Below are positions 52,629 through 64,000 of a stretch of 64,000 nt of DNA, piece after piece. The DNA comes from Octopus vulgaris (lineage: Eukaryota): positions 44,950,001 through 45,014,000 of the forward strand of contig OX597828.1 in NCBI GenBank assembly GCA_951406725.2, read 5' to 3'. Numbering within the stretch: the first letter of the stretch is position 1; every line of letters begins with the position of its first letter. The position numbers and the translations under genes are program-made. Below the pieces are notes generated by a model, which was not told where the DNA came from, ran no database searches, and saw only the letters and a list, made by a program, of their open reading frames with translations.

Positions 52629-52865
52629 ATAAACAACTTATAAGTAAGGGCTAAAGAAAATTATTTCAAAGCCAATATGCTGATAACGGACTATTAAATC
52701 GTCAATTTCCACATATATTATTTCAAAGCCAATATGCTGATAACGGACTATTAAATCGTCAATTTCCACATATAATATATGTGGAAATTGACGATTTAAT
52801 AGTCCGTTATCAGCATATTGGCTTTGAAATAATATTCTTTAGCCCTTACTAATAAGTTGTATATA
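52628..52865. repeat. long palindrome centred at 52775 with a 57-bp tandem duplication in the left arm
   Basis: 52661-52717 = 52718-52774; 52776-52865 is the reverse complement of the left arm. Confidence 0.9.
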
Positions 52866-53024
52866 TCTTTAACCGTAAAGGTATTTTAATATGCTGCCAC
52901 ATTTCTTGATGGAATTTTTTTCTGTAGAGAAAAAAACTTCATCCTATATTAGTAGTATATATATGTATATATATACAGATAGATAGATAGATAGATAAAC
53001 AGATAGATAGATAGACAGATAGAT

Positions 53025-53073
<49 letters not shown>

Positions 53074-53382
53074 CAGACAGACAGACAGACAGAGATCATC
53101 ATCATCATCATCATTTACAGTCAGCTTTCCATGATCGCATGAGTTGGACAGTTTGACCGAAGACTGGTTAGCCAGAGGCTGCACCAGGCTCAATCTGGTC
53201 TGGCAAATTTACTACAGTTGGAGATGCCCTTCCTAATGCCAACCACTCTGAGAGTGTAGTAGGTGATATATATGTATGTATATATATATATATGTATATG
53301 TATGTATGTATGTAGGTATGTATATGTATGTATGTATATATATATATGTATATGTATGTATATATATATATGTATATGTATG

Positions 53383-53416
<34 letters not shown>

Positions 53417-53539
53417 ATGTATATATATATATAATGTATGGATGTATATATATATATATATATATATGTGTGTGGGGGTGGGGGGTGTACATATATATAT
53501 GTATGTATACATATATATATATATCATCAGCATCACAGA

Positions 53540-53572
<33 letters not shown>

Positions 53573-54158
53573 TAGAATGAACTTTTTATAGTTCTGCCTA
53601 CCAGTTTCACTCATAAGGCTTTGGTTGGCCTGGGGCCATAGTTGAAGATATTTATCCAAGGTACCATACAGTGGAACTGATCCCAAAATCATGTGGATGG
53701 GAGGCAACCTCCTTAACCACACAGCCATGCCTTTATCCATCACACCCTCATCCACTTATGTCAACAATAACAGCAACGCATAAAGATATCTCCTGATGGC
53801 AAAGAACAAACAAAATAAAGAAAACAATAAAACGAACAGAATAACAACAACAATAACAACAACAGAAGCAAACGAAAAATGCAACAGAACAACAACAACA
53901 AGAAAAATTGTGTACTTTCAGTACTGATTTTTAAATTTTTTTTTTTATTTTTTTTTTACAGCACATTGAAACTATATTTCCATGAGATCAGCCTGTCCCC
54001 ACTGTATTACTGGTACTTAGCTTATGAACCTCTGCTTTCCCCTTCTCTATACACATACACTGCATGGTTGCATGACAAAGATGATCCATGGAGGAATTTG
54101 AACTCAAAATCTAGACGCAGCAAATCTAAGTATCAAAGGCCTTTAATTCAATACTGCA

Positions 54159-54229
<71 letters not shown>

Positions 54230-54563
54230 TCTCTATCAAGTGTCAAAATTTAGATTATTAAATTTCCTTTAGCCATTCTCATACCAATCCATCCAAGACT
54301 AGAAACTACTATATTATACAAAAAACTATATTTTGAAGTTTGTACATTTAAATTCAAACCTTCAGTTTAAATTGTAAAGAAGAACTTCGTTGTTACATTC
54401 TAAATATTGGTTTTATAACAAACACGTCACTTATTTTATGGAATACTTTCAAATTGTTGATTATTTTAAAAATTATTTCAAATCTGTAAATCAGTGTTTG
54501 TTCTCAGACAATACTTGGTAGAGCTCAAATTGTGACACACTGGCACAATGTAGATTTTTTTAA

Positions 54564-55055
54564 CCCTTTAACATTTCAATCAGCAATATCAAACGCAAAT
54601 ATTTTACCTATTTTTTATGTTCAAACCAGCCAGATTTGGCCTCTTACACTTACTCTATAATGCCGTCGTAAAAATAAGCAATCACATTGTCAAAATCTCC
54701 AAACTATGAGAAATTAATTATTAATTAATTAATTATTAATTAATTAATTATTGATTATAAAAAAAAAATTAATGGCAGCTAAAAGGCTAATTAATTCAAA
54801 ACACTGTGAATAAATAAGCATTACATATGACAGAGCAATCTGAGTGCTGAAGGGTTAAACTGGCCCCATCTGACCCAAATCTCCTATTTTTTTATGCTGA
54901 AAACATCCAGATCAGACCACTCTCACCTACCCTACAATATCATTCCAAAAATAACCAACCACATCATCAAGACGAATCTATGAAATAATGCATGGTTAAT
55001 GCAAAACAGGGTGAATAAATATCACATTTGACATAGCAATCTGAATGTTGAAGAG
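54564..55055. mobile_element. piggyBac-like MITE family 2, one full copy (54564-54854) plus a tandem partial copy
   Basis: TTAA|CCCTTTAACA...TGCTGAAGGG|TTAA; second unit ends tgttgaagag|TTAA. Confidence 0.7.
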
Positions 55056-55212
55056 TTAAAATATAAAAGCCTTAAGGAGTTTTTACTAACATCTAAATGT
55101 CTCGAGACCAAAAATGTGATTCATAATTTTGTTAGACACAAATATAATTTATAAAACAGGTTAAATAATATCTTTTCTAAATTTATTATAAATGTTTAAT
55201 TCTAAGGAGAAA

Positions 55213-55470
55213 ATGAATGTTTCCTTCTCTAGCCCTACCAGGCTCATAAGGGCCAGTTTCCTGGTTTCAGTGGTGTAGAAATTCCCCACCTGGATGGGAG
55301 GCCAGTCCATTGCAGGATTACTCATTTTTGCCAGCTGAGTGGACTGGAGCAATGAAGTGAAAATGAAGTGCTTTGCTCAAGGATACAATGCATCACCCAG
55401 TCCAGGAATCGAAACCACAATCTTACGATCATAAATCCAACACCCTAACCACTAAGCCATGCACCTCCAC
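55213..55470 (-). mobile_element. SINE family C copy
   Basis: Near-identical to 30395-30648. Confidence 0.85.
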
Positions 55471-56044
55471 ATTTAATTCTAAAATATGATTTAAAAAGGA
55501 TTTCCTCACTAAGTGCACTGGCAGTTTTTGGTACTTTCCATGTGCTGTGGCCATCATAATTTTGGCTTCGTCTCCAGTGCATTGTAGCATGTTTATAAAG
55601 AACAAGCTGACCATGTACCACCAATAATGACAGCTAATTAAAGGTACAAAATAAGGTACATAATCATCACAGATACAAACATTCACACACTTCCCATGTA
55701 TACATACACACACATACATACACACATATACTCACACAGAATTGAAACACTGATTATTTTTTCCACCCCTTCCTTCCTTATTCATTTATCACACCTTCCT
55801 TTCCCTCATTGCTATTACTTTCTCTCTTACCCACTCAGTCAGGCTATTACTCTCACTACTTCTCCTTCACTGAATTACTATTTTCTCTCCTCCTCCACGT
55901 CCAACATAATTCTGGACAAATATATATATATATATAATATATATATATAAAACACTACACTTGTTATTATATTAGGAGATATAATGAATATAATTGTGAA
56001 AGAGTTAAATTAAAGATAAAAAGTTGTTGTTTCATTCTTTTATT

Positions 56045-56500
56045 CTTTTTACTTGTTTCAGTCATTAGACCATGGCCAAGCTGGGGCACCACATTGAAGG
56101 GTATAGTAAAACAAATGAACCCTAGTACTTATTTTGAGCCTGCTACTTATTTTATCAGTCTTTTTTTTTTTTTTTGCTAGACTGCTAAACTATGGGGATG
56201 TAAACACACATAAACCAGCACTGGTTGTCTTAGAGGTGATAACATAAACACAAAGAAACACACACACACAAAGAGTCACACACACACACACACATGCATG
56301 CATGCATACACAAAAACACACACATGTATGTATATATATAAATGTGTATATACAACAGGCTTCCAATTCACTCATGAGTCACTGGGTCAGCCTAGGATTG
56401 TTGTAGAAGATATTTGCCCAAGGTGCTGTTCAGGGAGGGTAAACACCTGAGCCCCATGATTGCAAAATGAACTTCTTAACTGCACAGCCAAACTTGCATC
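56045..56500 (-). mobile_element. older SINE family A copy
   Basis: Diverged head and tail motifs. Confidence 0.7.
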
Positions 56501-56694
56501 ACTAAATAATTCTATAATAATTTAAACAAGAAGGAACTTTTTCTCAGTGACATTTGACATTTAAATACTGGGTTAAAAAGAAAAGTGTATACTATTCTAC
56601 TAAGTTCTCCCAAATTCTTGACCATAGTAAGATTTAATTGCAGCACTTTGACAGCAAACTTAATTTCAGGTTGCTCAAGTGGTGTGTGGGGAGC

Positions 56695-56920
56695 GGTATG
56701 TCAAAATATAAAGTTAATCCAAACATGAAAACACAAAGAGAAAACACAACAACACGAGGACGTGGAACAAATATAGTATTATTGGATGCTCAGGAAGGAA
56801 GGGAAGAAGGAGGGTTTAACACTTTGGGCAGAGCTCTTCGGCAGAAACATAGGAAAAAGAAAGATCCAGAGAAGGGAAGACAGAGGAAAAAAAATCGCCA
56901 ACGGTATACACGCGGTCACT
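56695..56920 (-). mobile_element. Penelope-like non-autonomous repeat with degenerate hammerhead-like motif
   Basis: Minus: pyrimidine tract, gttt-CTGCCGA-a-gagctctgccc-AAAG-tg-TT-aaac, then ttcctgagc..taata as in the 10403 family. Confidence 0.45.
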
Positions 56921-57124
56921 AGACTGTCAGTAAATGGCAGCTAAAAGGCTAAGGTAAGATTTGAACTCCAACCCAGTAAAACCTTCATTGGCAGTTACTA
57001 CCCAAACAGACGCATGGGTTGAAGGGTTGTTACTTGAGTGCTGCAAAGGCATCACCTACAAAGAGAAGTGCATCACCAACAAATGGCGGATGCAGCAAAA
57101 TTGCTGTTACAGCACATGTGCCCA

Positions 57125-57156
<32 letters not shown>

Positions 57157-57220
57157 TGACAACATATTTAACTCTGGTAGTGTTGTACTGTAGATATTCA
57201 CTTGTGTCTCTAAACCTTAA

Positions 57221-57441
57221 CCCTTTTGCCACCGTATTTATTTTGAGATGCTCTGTGTTTCTTTCAATTATTTTAAATATAACAAAGAATTTGGTAAAAT
57301 AACTTAGTTATCATTAAGCTAGTGTTAAGAACATAAATTGTGACTAAGATTTAGTGGAAGATTTTAATTGAAAACTTATGAAAAGGAGACATTTATACTA
57401 CAGAGCCAAAGCGGGTATTAGCCGGGTTGGAAACGAAAGGG
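57221..57441. mobile_element. piggyBac-like MITE, 221 bp, TTAA target-site duplication
   Basis: TTAA|CCCTTTTGCCACC...GGAAACGAAAGGG|TTAA. Confidence 0.85.
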
Positions 57442-58078
57442 TTAAACCATATGAAACTGCAATTTGTAGTGTTGTTGTTTTGTGGGTTGGCAAGTGGGAC
57501 GAAGTAATTTTGTGTTTGAGAACCAAAGTTAAGCCATAGCTTAGAAAAAACTTTCAGTTTGTGCCATGAGTATTTATCTTTTTGTCTTTCATCATATGAA
57601 TTTCTCCAGGTATTTTCTTCCTTTCATTTTCGAGCTTAATGGCAGTTAATACTCCAGGTGGAAAGTTAGAAATTCACTGATATCATTTAGCAGTGATTTA
57701 CTTATTATTTGTTATTCATTAATGATTTAATTAATAAATGGATGCCCAGGAATCAGTCTTGTATATATATATGGGAAAACACATTTAATGAACTAAACTG
57801 CCTTCCTTGGCAGGTGAAAGGACAAGGCAACAGACAAAAACCCCCACATTTACAAGATACCCTGATGATTATTGCATCCTCTCAAATCCCTGGTGCTTTT
57901 GGACCTTCTGGTATTTGAAGTTTCTGGTTTCTAATCTGTTCAAATGGAGACATGAACATATCAACACCAGTTGTCAAGCAGTGGTGGAGGACAAACACAG
58001 TCACAAAGACACACACATACATATAAATCTATTTATATATATATACATGCATAATACATACATACACACACATATTAT

Positions 58079-58163
<85 letters not shown>

Positions 58164-58419
58164 CAGGAAGCTTCTTTCAGTTTCTGTCTATCAAATCCAT
58201 TCACAGGGCTTGCTCAAGGTGCCACATATTGAGACTGAACACAGATCAATGTGGTTCGGAAGCGAGCTTCCTACCACACAGCCACAGCTGTTATTTTTTA
58301 TTCCGTAAATCAGAAGAAAAGGCAGTGGCCATGAGCTTTCACAGGTTTTCTGAGAATGGTGCTAAGAGAGAGAGAGAGAGAGAGAGAGAGTGAGAGAGAG
58401 AGGGAGAGAGAGAAAGTAA

Positions 58420-58858
58420 TTCTCAAACTAGAAAGCTGGCCCATATGATTCTAAGAGGGTAAGCTGCTTTGCTTAAAGGTACCCAAAGTGTAAGACGCTG
58501 CCAGCTGCCACCAATCAACAAAAAGGCTGGCCAGGCAGCAAAAACCCTGCGAGAATCAAGTCTGTTGGTTCGAGGAGCACAACTGTTCAACTCCATTCCG
58601 GTACATATCAGAAATCTATCAGGATGCAGTGTGGAATCATTCAAATTGCAACTAGATAGATACTTAAGCACCATTAGAGATGAACCCCATCTCCCAGGAT
58701 ATACACAACGAGCACAAACTGACTCAAACTCGCTCCTACACATGTCAAAATTAAGCAGAGAATACAACCTGGCAACCACACCAGACTCTGAGGGTGGAGT
58801 CTTCGACTTGGCCTGAGCATGGACTCAAACCCAAATGAAATGAAATGAAATGAAATGT
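58420..58858 (+). mobile_element. CR1-group LINE 3' end with (AAATG)n tail
   Basis: ORF 58469..58816: TLRESSLLVRGAQLFNSIPVHIRNLSGCSVESFKLQLDRYLSTIRDEP, a typical post-RT C-terminus; tandem tail at 58833-58857. Confidence 0.88.
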
Positions 58859-60667
58859 GTCAAAGGTACCCAAACTGTGTGTTGAGATTATTTCTGCCAT
58901 GTAACAAAACTATGGCAGGATCTCACCTCAGAACTCAAAGAGCTGGAATAAATGCCCTAAGAAAACAGGTCTGTCATTTTTACAGTTCCAATACATAATC
59001 CAATGACTTAGATTAACGCTTATTTTTATTAACCTACCAAAAAGTATGGGTGGCGAAAATTAAGGTTGATGGGATTTGAAATCAGGATGTAGTGATTCTA
59101 AACAAATACAGTCTGACATTCTAATGATTCAGACAGTTCAGCACTTTAATTAAATAATTAATTAACTTACGAGAATTTAGTATTGCTTTTTTTTTTGTTT
59201 GCTTGATATATATTTTTTATTAATATTTTAGAAATATTTTCTTTGGTAGATTTCTTCCAGTTTTTCAGGTAGATGGGAAGAAACTTCACCAACAGATGTA
59301 TTGATGAAATAACAAATAATAATAATAATAATAATAATAATGAAACAAAACACTTTCAAATGTTATTTGTTGATGAACCATTTTAGAAGAATATCTAAGA
59401 GAGAAAAAATAACCTAACAAAACAAACAAAAACAACACCAATAAAAATAAAAGATCGCATGTGCTACAAATATATATACACACAGATACACATACACACA
59501 CATACATGTATCTGATTGATATGTATCTGACTCATACATTGTTGCTTTCCAGACATTTTTATACTGCATACTTTATATATATATATACTGTATATTTCAT
59601 TATTATTATTTTATTTTATTATAAACATATATATACATATATATATATATACATATATATATATACAAATATATATATATGTGTATGTATAATATATACA
59701 TATGTATATATATATGTAATTCATCATCATCATCATCATCATTTCATCCAGTTTCCATGCTGGCATGGGTTGGACAGTTTGAGAGCTGGCATGCCAGGAG
59801 GTTGCACCACGCTCCAATCTGATCTGGCAAGGTTTTTTACAGCTGGATGCCCTTCCTAATGTCAATCACTCCAAGAGTGTAGCAGGTGCTTTTTACATGC
59901 TACCAGCATGATGGCCAGTCAGGTAACACTGACTTCGACCATGCTCGAATGGTGCTTTTTATCAATCCCGAAAGGATGAAAAACAAAGTCGGTGCAATTT
60001 GAACCCAGAGCATAGCGACGGGCAAAATACCGCTAAGCATTTTGTCCAACATGCTAATGATTCTGCCACCTAGCCACCTTAAGACCTCTCATAACAATAA
60101 TAAAGCAAAACAAAAATTATAAACCCTGAGCAGTTCTCTCCCCTTAAAGGGAAACTTCACCTTCCCTTCAATTTCTTTGAAAACTCTCTTTCTCTTTCTC
60201 TCTTACTTCAAAAGCAACTGTAGGTGACAGCACCTGCTGTCACCAGATCAAATTTCCAAATAATTATAAGGTTATGAAGAAATGTAAATATGATCAAATT
60301 TTTTTTTTATTTTACATTGGCATAAGGCCACATATTTATCTCTGGAATCAGGCCATACCCCCAGGATATAACAGGTATTTGTTTTATCAGTCCTGAAAGG
60401 ATTCAAAGGGGTGGGGGGAATTAATGCTGGTGATAATTTGAACCTGGAACATAGAGTTCTGTAATTAAATACAGCACACCAATAAGTTAGTTTCACATTC
60501 TACTATTCTACTATTTTGCAGACTTTATCACAGCCACCACCGCCACCACCACTACCACCACCACCACCACCACCACCACCATCATAATCATCATTTCTGT
60601 AATAAATAAATAATGGAAAAAACAATAATCATCAAAATCATCGTTCTCTTCATTACCAGGATCATCA

Positions 60668-60728
<61 letters not shown>

Positions 60729-60760
60729 CATCATCATCATTATTATTATCATCATCATCA

Positions 60761-60807
<47 letters not shown>

Positions 60808-61434
60808 GTTGTTGTTGTTGTTGTTATTTGTCCATCTATACCCCTGTGGCAAATAAAAGAAATCCTTATAATTATCAAGCACCAAAGAACAGTGGTGATG
60901 TGTTTTCCTGTTTTCTACCAAACAAGATAACGTGGTCCTGTGTTCAGCCTCAGCTGGAGCTATTTCATTTAAGTTGCTGAAGTGCATTGGAATGATAAGA
61001 AAGCCCTCACATTAAATTCTGCGCCTTCAAAACTCCAAACACACACAAACGAACTAGCTTTATTAACCTGTAAAAAAGGAATAGCCAAATAGGCACACGG
61101 GCACACATAGAGCAGGACGGTGTATCAGCTTGATTAAGCTTCTGAGCATATTATAGGTACTAACGTTCTTATTAATCCTCAAACAAGGAAAGGCCAAAAT
61201 TGAATCTAAAAGAATCTAAATTTAAAATACATCTCACTAAAACAAACTTTTCTTTTCATCCTGCTGGCTTTGAAAGATTAAGTACCAGTCATGTAATGGA
61301 GGAGAAGGGTCCTGTTCTCATTCTTATATTCGCTCAATATTTTGCTCTTTTACTCTTTTACTTGTTTCAGTCATTTTGACTGCGGCCATGCTGGAGCACC
61401 GCCTTTAAAAAATAAATGTGCCCTTTTAAAAAAT

Positions 61435-61665
61435 AAATGTGCTCATGGGCCCGGTTTCCCGGTTTCAATGGCGTATGTGTTCCCCAGCTGGATGGAACGC
61501 CAGTCCATCGCAGCATAACTCCTTTTTGCCAGCTGAGTGGACTAGAACAATGTGAAATGAAATGTTTTGCTCAAGAACACAATGCATCGCCTGGTCCAGG
61601 AATCGAAACCACAATCTTACGATCATGATGCTGACACCCTAACCACTAAGCCACGTGCCTCCACT
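61435..61665 (-). mobile_element. SINE family C copy
   Basis: Similar to 55213-55470. Confidence 0.82.
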
Positions 61666-62051
61666 GTTCTATATTTTTTCCTTGTGTCACTTTAAGAATT
61701 ATAATTATTATTAATGTTTTTATTATAATGAAACAATTCTGTCTTTTCTGACTCTTCCAAAAGATTTACAGGTCAGATGCTTTACAGATATTTAAAAAAA
61801 ATTTTGGTCTTGCCATCTATGGTCTTCTAGATAGCCATGGTCTGAGTTTGCCCAAAATGTACATACAATGACAGAATTATTCTTGTGAAGTAATGCTGAA
61901 GACCAATTGTGGTATGTTGGACAATTTTTCTCCATGTAGTGGCTATTCCAAAATCGGTTTCATGGTAAACAAGACGAATAACACTCACACTTTCCTGCTT
62001 TGACTAAGCCCTCATTGAAGGTTTTTAACTATGACTTGAAAAGAAGGGAGT

Positions 62052-62480
62052 ATAGGTGCAGGAGTGGGTGTGTGGTAAGAAGCTTGCTTCCCAACCACAT
62101 GGTTCTGGGTTCAGTCCCACTGTGTGGTACCTTTAGCAAGTATCTTCTACTAAAGTCTCAGGCCGAATAAAGCCTTGTGAGTGGATTTGGTAGACAGAAA
62201 CTGAAAGAAGCCCATTGTATATGCACACACAAACACGCACACACACACATACACATATATGTGTATGTATATATTGTGTGTCTGTGTTTGTCCCCCCACT
62301 CCATTATCGCTTGACAACCGATGCTGGCTTGTTTACATCCCTGTAACATATTGGTTTGGCAAAATAGACCGATAGAAAAAGTACTTGGCTTACAAAGAAC
62401 AAGTCTTGAGTTGATTTGTTTGACTAAAGGCGGTGCTCCCGCATGGCCACAGTCAAATGACTGAAACAAATAAAATAGTA
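62052..62480 (+). mobile_element. SINE family A, full-length copy
   Basis: Colinear with 8251-8671. Confidence 0.87.
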
Positions 62481-62639
62481 ATAGAGTAATGGGGACAGAA
62501 AAGTTACAGTTGAGGGTGGTGAACAGCATTGCTTGATGGTTCTTCACACAACTTTTTTGGTTATAATTTCCTATAAAGATTGTTCTGAAGTGTTTAAGAG
62601 ATTTTAGTTAGTTCTGGGATGGTTTATATTGCTTTCGAT

Positions 62640-62924
62640 CAGTGTTTCTCAACCATTTCTAACCTATGGATCCCTTTGGTTTCTATTTTACTCAGATGGA
62701 CTCTCCCAACCATTCGATGTTAAAAAAAAAAAACGAAATCATATATTTTAACAATTGAGTATTATTGGGAATTATTATACAAAAGAAATTGTTAAAATAT
62801 TTTGTGTGTCGTTGATTTATAACCAATTTATTGCAGATGAATTTTAACAACAAAATCTTACATGGGACTCCCCACCCACCCATCCTCGCCCAAGGATCAC
62901 ATGGACCCTGGTTGAGAACCACTA
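62640..62924. mobile_element. hAT (Charlie-like) MITE
   Basis: TIRs CAGTGTTTCTCAACC / GGTTGAGAACCACTA; flanking 8-mers ctttcgat and ccttagaa match at 5 of 8. Confidence 0.75.
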
Positions 62925-63261
62925 CCTTAGAAGATTGTCCCCTGTTTTTGTAAATTTTAAATTTATTTTTTTCAATTTTTATATATATATTATTCTCTTT
63001 CTCTTCAACACACACAATTGTACACAAACACACACACACACATTCACACATATACATATATATTACGATTTTACCTGAAACACCCACTGTTTACACACTT
63101 CATTTTTATAATGAGAAAGAGCAGACTACTACTACTACTACTACTCTTATTTATTTCCATTGACAGGAATTTTGGAGGTGCTAAAATGAAGAGGTACCAC
63201 TTTTATGGGGAATTCAGCAACTTAAAATAACCTACTGCAATGGAGAGAGAAACTAAATATA

Positions 63262-63450
63262 ATGGTTTCAGTTTTTGGCACGAGGCCATCAAGTTACAAT
63301 GTCCCCAATTATCTAACTGGTATTTCTTTTAACGACCCTGAGAGGATGAAAGGCAAAGTTGACCGCAGTGGAATTTGAACTCAGAACATAAAGACGGACG
63401 AAATGCAGTTAAGCATTTTGCCTAGTGGTCTAACAATCCGCCAGCTTGCT
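63262..63450 (-). mobile_element. SINE family B copy
   Basis: Diagnostic motifs as above. Confidence 0.78.
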
Positions 63451-63492
63451 GTTTTAATGATAATAATAATAATAATAATAATAGTAGTAGTA

Positions 63493-63540
<48 letters not shown>

Positions 63541-63912
63541 GTAGTAGTAGTAATAATAATAATAATAATGTTCATAAGACTATATAGAGTATATATTCAA
63601 TGAAATAAACAACCACCAAGAGGCCTTGTAACCTAACAGAAGCATACAACTCACATTACACGCACAGCACACAATACAAGCACTAATACAACAAAAGACT
63701 GCAACCAGACCCTATAACAAACGAACTGACTCAATACAATGCTGGGAAGAGTTTGCACAATAACAAAAAACAAAGACACAATGCTACACACAACCCAGCA
63801 ACATGAAGGTGTAGCAGATGATGCAGTGGAAATTTACCTGAAACTACCAAATTTTGAATAAGTAATAAAAATAATAAGAATAATAATAATAACAATAATA
63901 ATAATAATAATT

Positions 63913-63972
<60 letters not shown>

Positions 63973-64000
63973 GTAATGAAAATAATAATAATAGTAATAA

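Overview
AT-rich eukaryotic (animal) genomic DNA, not prokaryotic. The SINE repertoire, the mollusc-type 5S sequence and the very high microsatellite load suggest an octopus/coleoid cephalopod intron or intergenic region (inference from remembered repeat families, not from a database search). Almost all six-frame ORFs are microsatellite artefacts. Recognisable content: at least four dispersed SINE-like families in many copies; a decayed mariner with intact TIRs; a decayed Tc1-superfamily (TRT/DD37E-like) transposase split by a SINE; piggyBac-like and hAT-like MITEs; 3' remnants of R4/Dong-like, RTE and CR1-group LINEs; and one divergent 5S rRNA copy. A few minus-strand micro-exon candidates of an unidentified gene are weakly supported. 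The most interesting signals are (1) a 5S rRNA copy fused to a LINE/SINE-type 3' tail (candidate 5S-derived SINE), (2) several hammerhead-ribozyme-like motifs and long fold-back palindromes in (TA)n tracts, consistent with Penelope-like/retrozyme relics, (3) R4/Dong-like ends sitting in (TAA)n tracts, and (4) a locally duplicated, order-swapped segment with a decayed internally repeated coding motif. Coordinates of decayed repeats are approximate. No CRISPR array, operon or intact protein-coding gene is visible.
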